Assembly: GCA_002189035.1 (NCBI GenBank)
Contig: NEEC01000026.1
Span: forward strand, 62,001 to 126,000
Direction of reading: 5' to 3'
Source: Utricularia gibba
Taxonomy: Eukaryota; Plantae; Magnoliophyta
DNA: 64,000 nucleotides
The translations under genes and the position numbers were made by a program. The notes under the pieces were generated by a model. The model made no database searches. It worked only from the letters and a program-made list of their open reading frames with translations, and was not told where the DNA came from. Positions within the stretch are counted from its first letter, which is position 1. Each line of letters begins with the position of its first letter. Positions 1 through 12,195 of the stretch are shown piece by piece.

Positions 1-3000
1 GGGTTAATCACAGTTATGATGCGGGAATGCCGGTGGATCCAACCTCGGCAAGTTCCCTCTCTATGGATGTCTGCTTTATCTATTATGCCTAAGTGCTAGC
101 TCATCAATGCTAGAGTGACCTTCCAGGAACTGCGTTTTTTTTTCTGATGCTTTTCTTATTCTACATATATGTTCATTCAATGGCATTCCCATGCTCTCAT
201 ATTGCGTTTGATTTTTTCAGGTCATGTACAGGCCTGTTTTAGATTTGAATGGTATCCAAGGGGCCAGATCTTTGGTTATTTGCTTGACTGGATATATCCG
301 ACATGACCGAGATGATATCATGGTTCTTACATTATGCTGCTTCCTCTCTATCCAAGCGATGACTTTGTTTTCTATCCTGCTAGTTTTCTGATGTTGCATT
401 GACAATCCCCCTAACAAAATTCAATTTCTTTTCCAGACCATGGTTTCCTTGATGGGTGCAGCATTTTCAAAACCCTAGTCGCAAATAAGGTTACTCATCT
501 CATATGCTACAAATTTGAGGGTACGTTTTCATCTATCTCATTTCCTAATAGTCCTCTTGATTATAATTTGATGCACGTTTCATTTTGTTTTTAAGGCTTT
601 CTTTTGCATGGATTTATAATTAAAAAATTTGATAACAAAAAACGTGTATTCTTGAGCAGGGGAAAAGTATGAGCTTGCCAAGAAAGTGAAGACAATAAAA
701 CTAGTGAACCATCGCTGGTTGCAGGACAGGTATTTATAAACTATGCAATGCCACTATATTTCGAATTGCTGCTTGAGTGCCAATTGTCCTGTATGTTTTC
801 TGAATGTCCTTTTTTGGTATATTTAACCTATATTTTTCTTTTTCTCTATTAGTTTGGAGGCTTGGAAGCTGCTTCCGGAAGTTGACTATTGTAAGAGGTC
901 AGAAAAAGGACGATATGTGAAATGATGGCCTGAGAAATGCCTTTGGATTTCATCTTTGTCATAATTTTCTAGTTTATCCATATCAAGTCCTAACGATGTC
1001 AAGATTCCAAACATACTAAAATTCATTTTTTACTGCAGTGGGTATGAGTTGAGTATAGAGGTTGAAGCTAAAGATTCTGAAGACGACACAGAAACTGCAC
1101 CAGAAAATTTGGATGTCAGAAGGGAGAATATTGTCTGTCGTCAAAATATACCCACGGAGAATAATATCATCTCTCAGCCACCAGTTAAGCAGGAAGTATC
1201 AAGAAATACTTCTTTGAATGCATCCGAAACTTTGCTATATGCTGGTGGCAACCATAAGATTCATGAAAGTTCTGGAAAGGAAATTTCCTCAGTGGAAACC
1301 TTGAGTGCACCGAAAGGTTGTGATAAAAATCTTGGAACAGTGAGATCAGATGATTTAAACCTGCCTGGGGAGTTTTCTCTTAAAGTGCCATTGCCGAATC
1401 ATGGTACCGTGGTTTCTGAAAAGGATAGAGCCCTGTCGCCAATGCTGGAAAATGTGCACGTATCTCCTGCGGGTGTGCCCAAATCAAGAAAAAAGCAAAT
1501 ATCTCGAGCAAGTCCTGCTGTTCTTCTCAGATTAGAAAAAATGGAAAGTAATTCAGGCAGTCTAGCATCATCAATGCTGAATGAGCATGACGTTAGTGGT
1601 CTTGATATGGCCTTGGAGGATCTGTCTAATGGAGTCCGTCCTCATACATTTGCAGCAACTCTGGAGGAAGCCCCATTAGATGATAACATTGAGCTAGAAG
1701 TTTCAGTGTCAACTAAAAGGAAAAGGAGCACATCTCACGGTGGTTCGAAATCATCAATATCAAGCGGTAAGCAGGTTGCGTCAGTGGAAAGGGGGGTAGG
1801 AAAAAAGATTCTTAAAGTTTCAGCTTCTGGATCCTCAGTTAATAGCTCCAGCGTGTTGGGAGATGATTGTCTTGTAGCACTTTTCGATGGTTGTTCAGGG
1901 AAAGACAGTGAAGTTGCTGACATTACTATCTCATTAGAGAGGAAACAAGAACATGATGAAGAAATACTTCAACGCTCTAGTGAAACATCGAGAAAGAAGA
2001 CCTTTTCCAATTCAGATTTGATGGGTTTGTTATCAGGTCAAACTACCAGTGTTTCAGGGGAAGTTGAGATGCATAAAGATGAGTCACATGTAATTGAACC
2101 TGTATCCTGCGGAACTAGTTTTGGTTCAGAAAACATGGATCTTGCGACGTTTCCAACATGTCGCAACTCTGCTGCCCACACAAAACCCGTTAGTAGAAAG
2201 ATGTTTGTTACAAAATCTTTGTGTTCCAGACCAGCTATAGGGAAAGAGAGAACGATTAGGCATAAAATGTCTCTCAACCTGAAAAAAGACGACCTCTCGG
2301 ATGAACACAGAGTTGGACATGGTGAAGAAGCGCCAAAGAAAAAGTCAGGCGATTCATTTGTCTTTGAGAAAGGTGTGCTGCCATCTGGGGTTACTGATGA
2401 GGATAGTGGTATGCAATGTCTTTCAGGCAGTGAAACTAAAAGCCCCGTGTCTGATGAATTTAGCATTCCACGTATAGGAGGTGACATCATTCCTAGAACA
2501 AAGTTGAACGGCACTGGCACCATATGTACGGAGGAGCAGTCTACAGGAATTCTGAAGAGCAATACTGCTGCCGTAGGCAATCAAGGCGAGGAAAACAAAG
2601 CGAAAAAAATGAACACCATAAGTGGTGGGGCGAGGAAAAGATTAACGAAGGGTAATAAGCGTGCTTTGGCTAAGGCTGAGCCAAGTGCGCCGTTTAGTTT
2701 TAGTGATGAACTGAAGAGTGCAGATCGCGATAAAGTGGTGGATGAGATGGCCCTTTTAGATCATAATGAAGCTTCTGTGTTGGTTCGTCATACAAGAAAT
2801 GGGGCGTCCAGGAAGTTGAAAGGCCGCAGGAAAATGGAGAAGGAAAACAAACCAAGTGATAGTTTGCATAAGAGTATCAACATTGGTGCTGGTGAAGAAG
2901 TTTGTAGTTTGACTCCTAAACTTGCAAAAAAGCCTCATAATGATTTTTTGAAGTCCAGCAAACCAATCCCAGATTCAGAGAAAAGGACTATTATCCATGA

Positions 3001-4097
3001 GGATAAAGCTGGCCCTGCCTGTTTTATACTGAGCGGACATAGACTGCAGAGAAAGGAGTTTCAAAGTGTGATAAAGAAACTGAAAGGAAGAGTCTGCAGG
3101 GATTCACACCACTGGTCATATCAGGCTACGAATTTCGTTGTTCCTGATCCTGTAAAACGAACTGAAAAGTTTTTCGCGGCTGCAGCATCTGGAAGGTATT
3201 TATATTGGCCATCATAATTTCCGTGTTTTGAGTGATTGCTTGATTATGTGTTGCTTATCTCGGTTTGATTTGTGCAGTTGGATTCTAAAGACAGAATATT
3301 TAACTGCTTGCAACGAGGCTGGCAAGTTTCTGCCCGAACAACCATATGAATGGCATACGAAATGCTTGACTGAAGATGGTGCAATCAACTTGGAGGCTCC
3401 AAGAAAATGGCGGCTCCTCAAGGAATCAACTGGCCATGGGGCATTCTATGGAATGAAAATCATCATATATGGAGAATGCATTGCACCTCCATTGGTAACG
3501 TTTTGCTTCCTCTTGTGGTTTGATTTCTTCCCATTCACACGTTTGTGATGGTAATACATGGATGATCTAAACCAGGAAACACTAAAGCGTGTGGTGAAGG
3601 CTGGCGGCGGGACAATTGTTGCAACATCACCTCCTTACACGCGCATCCTCCAGTCAAAAATTGATTTCGCTGTAGTAAGTCCCGGCATGCCACGTGTGGA
3701 CATGTGGGTCCAAGAATTCCTCGCACACGAGGTGCCCTGTGTTTTAGCTGATTACTTGGTTGAGTTTGTGTGCAAGCCTGGTTACTCTCTAGAAAAGCAC
3801 GTTCAATACAACACATATTCTTGGGCCAAGAGATCACTTGATGATCACGTGAGGCGGATCGAGGAGGTTGAGGATCCGAGAACACCAGTTGATGATAGCA
3901 ATGTGGATGAGGACGTGTCATGCAAAGCATGCGGACGTGCAGATGGAGGGGATGAAATGCTGATATGTGGAGATGAAAGTGGCAGCCGTGGGTGTGGTGT
4001 TGGCATGCACATCTTCTGCCTTGATCCTCCACTGGAATGTGTTCCAAAGGATGACTGGTTATGCGTTGCCTGCTCTAACGCACTTGCCCTACTGTGA
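1..4097 (+). CDS. BRCT-domain protein with C-terminal PHD finger (At4g02110-like), 5' end outside window
   Basis: Exons: <1-47, 221-322, 437-520, 660-729, 853-897, 1039-3195, 3278-3494, 3576-4097. They give BRCT-like VMYRPVLDLNGIQGARSLVICLTGY and VTHLICYKFEGEKYELAKK..LVNHRWL, C-terminal BRCT HWSYQATNFVVPDPVKRTEKFFAAAASGRWILK, and PHD CKAC..C..C..H..C..W.C..C. One -1 frameshift at CCC 473-475; first intron is GC-AG. Confidence 0.92.
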
Positions 4098-4977
4098 AGT
4101 GTAAACCAGCCGCAAACATGGATGGAAATTGGAATGCATGCATATCATCAAAGCCTTGGTAGATGATTTAAGTGTGCAAATGTTGACCGGAATAAAGACA
4201 AGTTTATGCAGGTTGTGGGTCGGGAGGCAGAGTAGATAAGATTATACGATTGTTTGGCGTTTGCTTCTACTTACAAAAAAACTGTACTGTCTGCTGCAAA
4301 TGCTTCGCCGCAGACGCCGTCTTTAATAGCCATGGAAGAGAAGAGGCAGAAAAAGGAGAAGAATCCTATGCGCGGTGCGGTGCACACATCTCATTAAAGA
4401 CTATGCACAAGATGACTTGAAGGGATGACGACTTCCGATGTAGAGACTGGCACAAGAAAGCGTATGATTGTGACAATAAAAAAGGGATGGTGTTGGTTTC
4501 CACATATTTCTATTATTATTTATTCAAATAAAATATATAATTCCAATTATTGTAAAGTAATCATCAAAATTCTAAATTAAATTCCATATTTAAGGAGTCG
4601 GCAAATTATTTTTGTGCATTCCATAGCATTTTTTATTAGTTAAATAAAATTCTCCAAATCATCATTATTTTTTACTATTCAATTTATTTTTAATTTTCAT
4701 ATCAATTTTATTAATGTAAATTAATATTTATTGTTAATACAAAAATCTTAATTCATTTGAAATTTAATAATTAATTTATATAAAAATTTTAAATATTTTT
4801 ATAGTAAAAATTAAAAAAATGTTACATTCAAGTACATTTCATAAACATTAATTAAAATAGATTTATCAAAAAATTCAAGTAACTACACATTTAATCACTT
4901 AAAACCCCATAAGAGATACAATTGTTCATCGTTCACTTGGATGCCTTAAATCACATGAACCTCCTATTCCTCAAAAT

Positions 4978-5297
4978 AGAACGTGTTTATGTAGTAGTTT
5001 GGAATAACATAGCAGCTTGTGCTTTGCATAAAAATTCAAAATACCATAATCAGTTTACAACAGGTTTGGGAGATATTTAAAGCATTACAAGGGTCGTAGT
5101 TGACCGTTGATACATCTGGTAGTGGGTCTGAGTGATTTACTTTGGTCTGGGCTTTCCCATCGCTGGTGTGGACCTTGTTGTTTAACTGGCCCGGCAACTA
5201 TCCTTGTCCACAGTTGTTCTATCATCGACAGTCGCTGATGTGCAGAGACGACGACAAAACCCTTCCTATTCGATAGCATAAGCAGCAGTCTTCAACA
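4978..5297 (-). repeat. 3' LTR of copia element
   Basis: Begins TGTTGAAG on the minus strand directly after the PPT AGCAAGGGAGTG (5298-5309). About 30 substitutions versus the 5' LTR by hand alignment. The terminal CA is mutated to CT. Confidence 0.95.
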
Positions 5298-8200
5298 CAC
5301 TCCCTTGCTACGTAGTCTTGGGTTCTTCTGAGGGGCATTCCTTCATTCCAATTTTCTCTCTAGAGTAGGTGAATCGTTTGGGCAATAAGAATTTGGTAAG
5401 TAGGTCTACAACTTGTTCTTCACACCGAACATGCTGGAGATTAATTTCTCCATTTGCTACAAATTCTCTAATGGCATGATACCGCACTCTAATGTGTTTA
5501 CTTCTTCCGAATTGGGTTGGATTTTCCCCTAGGGCAATAGTTGGCTTGTTGTCTATCCACAATGTAGTAGCCGTGTCAATTGTTACGTCCAGGTCTTCTA
5601 GGATTTTCCTCAGCCAGATTGCATGTTTTGTAGCTTCTACACTGGCAATGTATTCTGCTTCTGTGGATGATAATGCGATGATGTCTTGCTTTCTTGAGGC
5701 CCAACTGAATGATGGTGATCCAAACGAGAACAGGTATCCGCTTGTGCTCCTTGAGTCTTCGATACTTCCTGCATAGTCAGCGTCAGTGAAACCAGTTAAA
5801 TGCATACTTGTGCCCCTTTTGAAGGCGAGACCATAGTTATGTGTTGAGTTGAGATATTTGATGATCTACGTTGCTTCTTCCATGTGAATTTTGTGAGGTT
5901 TCTAGAGATATCTGGAGAGATAGCTCACAGAAAAACAGATATCATGTCTGGTGGCTGACAAGTATATAAGTGAGCCTATTATGCTGTTGAAAATTTTCAC
6001 ATCAGCTAGTTCTCCTTCATTTTTTCGATCAGGTTTTATTGCTAGTACACCGGTAGGCCTTGCATTACTCATATTATATTTCTTAATGATATCAGCTGTG
6101 TATTTTCTTTAGCTCAAGAAAATATAGTCAGATGAGTGTCTGATTTCTGACCCTAAGAAATAGCTCATCATCCCTAGGTCGGTCTTTTCAAATGTGAGCA
6201 TGAGTTGCTCCTTTTCTTGTGCAAGTAGATGGTGATTGTTTCCAGTAAGGAGTATGTCATCAATGTAGAGAGACACAATAAGGTATGTTGTTTTTTTCTT
6301 TACTGTATAAAGTATAGTATCATTTGTGCTTCTTCGAAAACTTCCGGACTGAAAATATGAGTCGATCCTAGTGTACCAAGCTTGTGGCGCTTGTTTTAGA
6401 CCATATAGGGCTTTGTGAATTAATAATACTTTGGTCTCTTCTCCTTGCTTGACAAAACCAGGGGGTTGCTACAAATAATACTTCTTCATGTAGATGCCCA
6501 TTTAGGAATGCGCTCTTGACATTAAGGTGGAAAATATCCCAATTGTGACAACCAGCCAACGTAATAAGAAGTTTAATAGTATCCAGACGTGCAACGTACG
6601 CAAACATCTTGCTGAAATCTATGCCAAGTACTTGAGAATATCCTTGTGCAACAAGGTGTGCTTTTAGCTTATTTATAATCTCATTCGCATTCAATTTGGT
6701 TCAAAAGATCCATTTCACGTCTAGTATTCTTCTATTGGGTGGCTTGGTGACTAGTTCCCATATCTTATTTCGTTCAATGGATAGGATTTCAGATTCCATA
6801 GCTGCTTTCCACCTGGGGTCTTGGTAGGCAATGTCCCAAGCAGTAGGTTCCTGAACTACTAAGCATCGGGCATATATTTAACTTATGTCTCGGTAACCTT
6901 GTACATGGACCTCTCCATCATCAACAAGCGAATCAGAAACAACAGTCTGATCAGATGAGGGTTCATCAATGGGTGAGGAGGCCAGCTGTTCCTCCGGTGT
7001 CGGAAGATCATTAGCACTAGGAAAGGGCTCATAGAAGAGATCATTCCATGAGTAGAAGGGAGGTATGTTATCTAGTGTCCATTCCCAGCATTTCGATTCA
7101 TCTACCAATACATCCCGACTGACCACTATTCTCTGCATGGCTAAGTTTAATGCTCTATATGCCTTTGAAACGTCACTATAACCTAGGAATATGTTAGTAC
7201 CTGCTAACTTATCCAATTTGCCGCTCCGCCTCTTTTGGGGGACATCAATAAAGCATAGGCTCACAAAGATCCTCAAATGATGGACCCGAGGGATTTCACC
7301 ATGCCAAGCTTCATATGGGGTTTTATTCGGTAAGGAAGAGGTAGCACATTGATTCAATAGATACATTGAGGTATTTACAGCTTCACCCCAAAAATAGCTT
7401 GGTAGATTTTTTTGAAATAGCAAGCATCTGCTCATATTCATGAGGGTCCGGTTTTTTCGTTCAGAGGTCCCGTTTTGCTGGGGTGTATATGGAGTTGAAA
7501 ATTCGTGCTTGATACCGTGAGTGTTGCATATTTCAATCAGTTCTACTGGGGAGTATTCACCATCATTGTCAGTGCGTAGCTTAAGTATTTTCTCCTTAGC
7601 TTCATATTCCACTACAGCTTTAAAGAGTTTGAAGTAGTAGAGCACTTGCAATCTATGTTTCAGAAGAAATATCCAGCCATATTTGGTGAAGTCGTCGATG
7701 AACAGTAGAAAATACCGATTCCCACTTGGTGTCATGCAGCTCATAGGTCCACACACATCCGAGTGGACCAATTCCAACTTTCGACTGCTTTTCCAGGTGC
7801 GTGAGGCAAAAGGGAATCTGCTCATTTTTCCTTGTTGACAAATGAAGCATACTTCGGTTGACTGTTTTAATTCTCATAGTCCTTCAATTAGATGATGTTG
7901 CTGCATATGAATAAGTGTTCTTTGATAGAAGCACTCAAACCGCTGATGCCAGGTATGCTCCTTCATTAGGATGCTCATACAATAGGAGTAATGGAGGTAT
8001 TGTCATGAGTGTAGAGAATGTCTTGATCTTGTAGTTGACCATAACTGATCAAATTGTGATGAGCTATATGCACATAGTACACATCCCTTCAGGAATTAAT
8101 TTTTCTTGTCCTACTACTTGCAAGATTTTTGTTTCTGGAAGAGGTTTCAGTGTTTTGAAGCATGTAATGTCATATGTCAGATGATTGCTACACCCGCTGT

Positions 8201-9264
8201 CAAGGTACCAGTGTTTATCCTTTGAGAGTGTTCTTTTTCATTAGTAGATAGTTCGGTATGAGTATCAGTAACTGCCAGCACCATGTCCCTCATATTTTGT
8301 GACATTTCTAAGATTATAGCAGCAGCTAACAGCTCTTTAGCTTTTCGTTTTTAAAGGCAAACACGCTCAATATGGCCTGTATTTGAGCAGTGTGAGCATT
8401 TGTTTGAGGGATCCCACAAGCAGTCTTTACTCAAATGATTTTTTTCTTTGCAGAATTGATAAGGGGGATGGGGTCCCTTCTTTTCCTTTCATGTCCCTTG
8501 GTTTTGACTTGATTTGCAAGACATATAGGCAGCTTGTAGGATTTTCTCTTGAGGTTTTTCTTGTTCTTCAAGTATGTTGATTCTTTGTTCTTCTCCTCTG
8601 AGCGTGTTCAACAATTCTGATGGTGAGAGATTTGTTAAGCTTCTGGTTGCAATGAGCGCACTCACAACAAGGCTGAACTTGGAGGGCATGCTGGCACATA
8701 TCTTGTTTATAACTCACTCATCTTCTACGGTTCCTCCTAGTAGCTTAATCTTACTTATAGGCTTGTTCATCTTATCCGCAAACGATTGAATGGTGTTCGA
8801 GTTTGAGATTTTTACCAGGTCAAACTCTCTCCACAGGTTCAATCTTTCTGCTTGTCTTGAGTTTTCAGTTCCTGAAAAATTCCACTTCAAGTATTCTCTA
8901 GGCCTCTCTTGCAGTTTCACAATTTACTATCATCAATAAGATCTCATCAATGAGAGACCCGTGAATAACTACCATTGTCTGTGAGTTTGTCATAGTTTCT
9001 TCTTTTGTAAGTTCTCTGGTTTTTCCTTCTTTTTCTGTTGGCGGGTTCTTGGTCACTATGACCCATAAACCCAAGGCTTGCATGTAGCACTTCATTTTTG
9101 CTGCCTAGATGAGATAGTTTTTTCCATCGAATTGTGGAGGTTGTAATGGTATAAAATTGTTGGATTTGTTGCTCATTTCTTCCTGAATGGTTAGTAAAGA
9201 TACTGGTGTATATAGAAGTATGTAGTACGATATGATTTATACCTGAATCAGTGCTTGAAACCCT

Positions 9265-9276
9265 GCTCTGATACCA
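9265..9276 (-). other. Primer-binding site for initiator tRNA-Met
   Basis: GCTCTGATACCA on + equals TGGTATCAGAGC on -, abutting the 5' LTR; the standard plant copia PBS. Confidence 0.93.
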
Positions 9277-9596
9277 TGAACGTGTTTATGTAGTAGTTTG
9301 GAGTAACATAGCATCTTTTGCTTCGCATAGGAATTCAAAATACCATAGCTAGTTTACAACAGGTTTGAGAGATATTTAAAGCATTACAAGGGCCGTAGTC
9401 GACCGTTGAGACATCTGGTAGTGGGCCTGAGTGATTTACTTCGGTCTGGGCTTTCCCATTGCTGGTGTGGACCTTGCTATTTAATTGGCCCGGTAACTAT
9501 CCTTGTCCACAGTTGTTCTATCACCGATAGCTACTGATGTGCGGAGACGACGACAGAACCCTTCCTATTCGACAGCATAAGCAGCAATCTTCAACA
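9277..9596 (-). repeat. 5' LTR of copia element
   Basis: TG...CA termini; immediately followed on the minus strand by the PBS. Confidence 0.95.
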
Positions 9597-12195
9597 AAAA
9601 TAACAAGGGCGGCCCATCTTGAATAGGAACTCGAAGTTTATTGGATATTGAGAAATTTAAAATCTATCTCATATCATTAATGCTAATGGTAAAAACTGGC
9701 TTGGGAAGCCCCTTGGATATACCTCTCTATGTAGAACAATGCCCTTAGTACCGCAATCAATCTATTACATCAAAAAATTCATCCTCTCATCATCTCATGA
9801 ATTCATGCATTATTTCTAAAAGCTCACCATTGTTTTCCACATAGATTTTTCACTAGAGTGAGTCATCAAGTAATCCGGATCTTTTGAATTGTAAGCTTTG
9901 TAGTGGAAATAACTCAATATAGCATCTCCCTTCAAATCCGATGAGCTATTAAGTTATGTTCTGTACATCTATTGATCAATGGCACTTAAAGCTAAATAAT
10001 TCCATTTAAGAAGGCTAAGGAGGTGACAACACCTTCATCACTTGCGAAGCCCAACTAATCTATATAGCAATAAAATTTGAATTTCAAGTCAACAACAGTG
10101 TGTTCCATTATGAGGTATTTATCATATGAATTAAATTGACCATTAAGCATCACATCACATGCATCAAGATCTTTTCAGACTCAGTGGTTAATCAATCCAC
10201 TAGAGACTCTCCCTGATCAAATAGCACTTTGTTGAAAATAAATTAATTGAATATCATGAGTTTGAAAATCATTTGCAAGGAGTATTTTTATAAATTATTT
10301 TTTTATTAATATATTATATCTAACAAATATAAAATTAACTTTGATGGTGCTGAAAACTGGTATGCAATATAGAGAAAGCAAAGAGACAAAATAGGATTCA
10401 AAGTCACATAACTTTGAAGGAAAATCTGAAGAACTTGAATGAACAATAAATCAGCAACTTAAGCGGATGGAAGGAGCTTTTAGGAAATCAGTTACATACA
10501 GTAAATTGAGCGATAATGCCCAAATTTGCTAAATAGAGCAGAGATAACAAACCAACTTATAAACAATGAATCAGCACAATAGTATTTTGTAAATTGGTTA
10601 CGATCATGAAGGGAATAGAAAAGAGATACTATTAGTCTACAACTATTGAAAACAATCTAAAAAGTCATCGACCAATAGCAATTTAGAACAAGAGGCAATT
10701 ATCTATCGATAAAACCACAAGCAAGATCAAACCAATCTCGTTAGGCTTAGAAAGTAGTTGATTTTCTCAACAATCAATTGACCAAGGCTCCCCTATAATT
10801 AGGAGTCTAATTCAGAAGAAATTCATTTTTCATCTATTATAGTCTTTGTAATTCTTTTTACCTTCGACTAGTGAAACATCTTTTTTCCTATGAGCCCCTC
10901 CAACTCTATGGTTTTTTGTCATGATGCTTTCCACATAAAAATCTTCGTCTCCATTTTTCGTTTTCAAGATAATCAAATTCCTAACTTAATCCTAGGCTGA
11001 TTATCAATTTAACCTCATAAATCAACAAATCATCCTCTATAAATAATATTTATTTTAGAATAATACTAATTATAATTCTATATTAATACATGATGATAAT
11101 AGTAAATTTATTTTTCAAAAACAATTCTTAAAAAATCATTCTATATTAGAGTTGATCTATAGAATTGAATCATTTTATAAATTATCAAATTAATTCTCAT
11201 GTAAGAAAATGAGGTGTACATTTGAAATATAGAATCAATTCTGCAATAATACAATTGATTTTAGTAAAATAGAATTGATTTCAAAACACATATTTAGTTT
11301 TGTATTCTAATGGTCGGCTCCTCTCCCTTGTTCATTTTGTACCTACCATGTGGAGTCTTGAGTGGGTTGTGTGTTTTGTACAATGTAGGTTCATCACATC
11401 CAGTGTTGGTTGGGTGTGCGGGCAGGGGCAGGGGCAGCACTCCCAGTCCCAGTACAATAACACACTGAAACTGAAAGCCATGCCATGGGGGAGGGAGGGA
11501 AGCTTCCTTTGGTTTGGCGGCCAGGCCAGGGCAGCTATTTTGTGAGCGAGCAGTTGGCATCCCATCCACCAGGCTTTGGGCTTTTGGATGAAGAAGCAAT
11601 TCCACCCTTGGCATACCGCCTATTGGAATATAAGTCCAGGCGAGTTTTCAAACTAAAATACCTGCGATACACACACACAGTCATCTGGCGCCCCGCCAAT
11701 TCCAAACTAAAATAAAACGAGCTGAGCTGCTGCTACTGTTGCATTGGCGCCATCCCAAGGTCCGATGGTCTCTCTGTCCCGGGCTGAGGTGCCGCCACCC
11801 CATTTGCCAGTCGCCTCTGCTCCTTTTTTCCCTTCCCTTCATTCATTGCAGCTGCGGCAACCCATGGCATTTAATTCCATCCCCTCGGCCTCGATCTGCT
11901 GCCCATGGACTCGACCACCCATCTTTTTTTTAAGGCCGCCTGTGTCAAATTGTCCCCCCTTGACGCACTTGGTTGCCCATTGATGGATTTCATTAAACAC
12001 TCCACCCTCGTTTTGCAGGCATGGCTTCGCGCTCTGCCCCTCTCTCTCTCTCTCGACGACAACATTAGCGAGTGTAGCTGGAAGCTTGTTTGTCAACAGA
12101 CGAATTCTGTAAACCATAGGAAGGAAGAGGTTTCAAACAAAAGGATATATGTACAACAGAACAGCCGAACGCGTGCAACATTAACTTAACCATCA

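Larger units (their letters stand above)
4978..9596 (-). mobile_element. Full-length, degenerate Ty1/copia LTR retrotransposon (about 4.6 kb, short LTRs)
   Basis: Two 320-bp LTRs; TSD AAAAT at 4973-4977 and 9597-9601; PBS TGGTATCAGAGC; PPT. Copia domain order gag (PQFDGKNY), integrase (LELVHSDVCGP, LRTDNDGEY, TPYTPQQNGTSERKNR), RT (YVARLDTIKLL, HLNVKSAFLNG), RNaseH (FTDADYAGS, RSKHIRVRYH). The reading frame is broken by stops and frameshifts. Confidence 0.97.

Noticed and set aside
4332-4400. Short ORF MEEKRQKKEKNPMRGAVHTSH, faintly like the ribosomal protein L11 N-terminus
   Set aside because: Only about 21 codons with no downstream L11 exons; most likely chance similarity near the BRCT 3' UTR.
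9602-11100. Possible LINE or other retroelement relic (LLDDSL- and QGESL-like peptides on the minus strand)
   Set aside because: Motifs too short and not in a continuous frame; probably old TE debris but unclassifiable by eye.
11040-11295. Tourist-like MITE (AGAATTGATT/AATCAATTCT motifs)
   Set aside because: No matching TIR pair or TSD could be identified.
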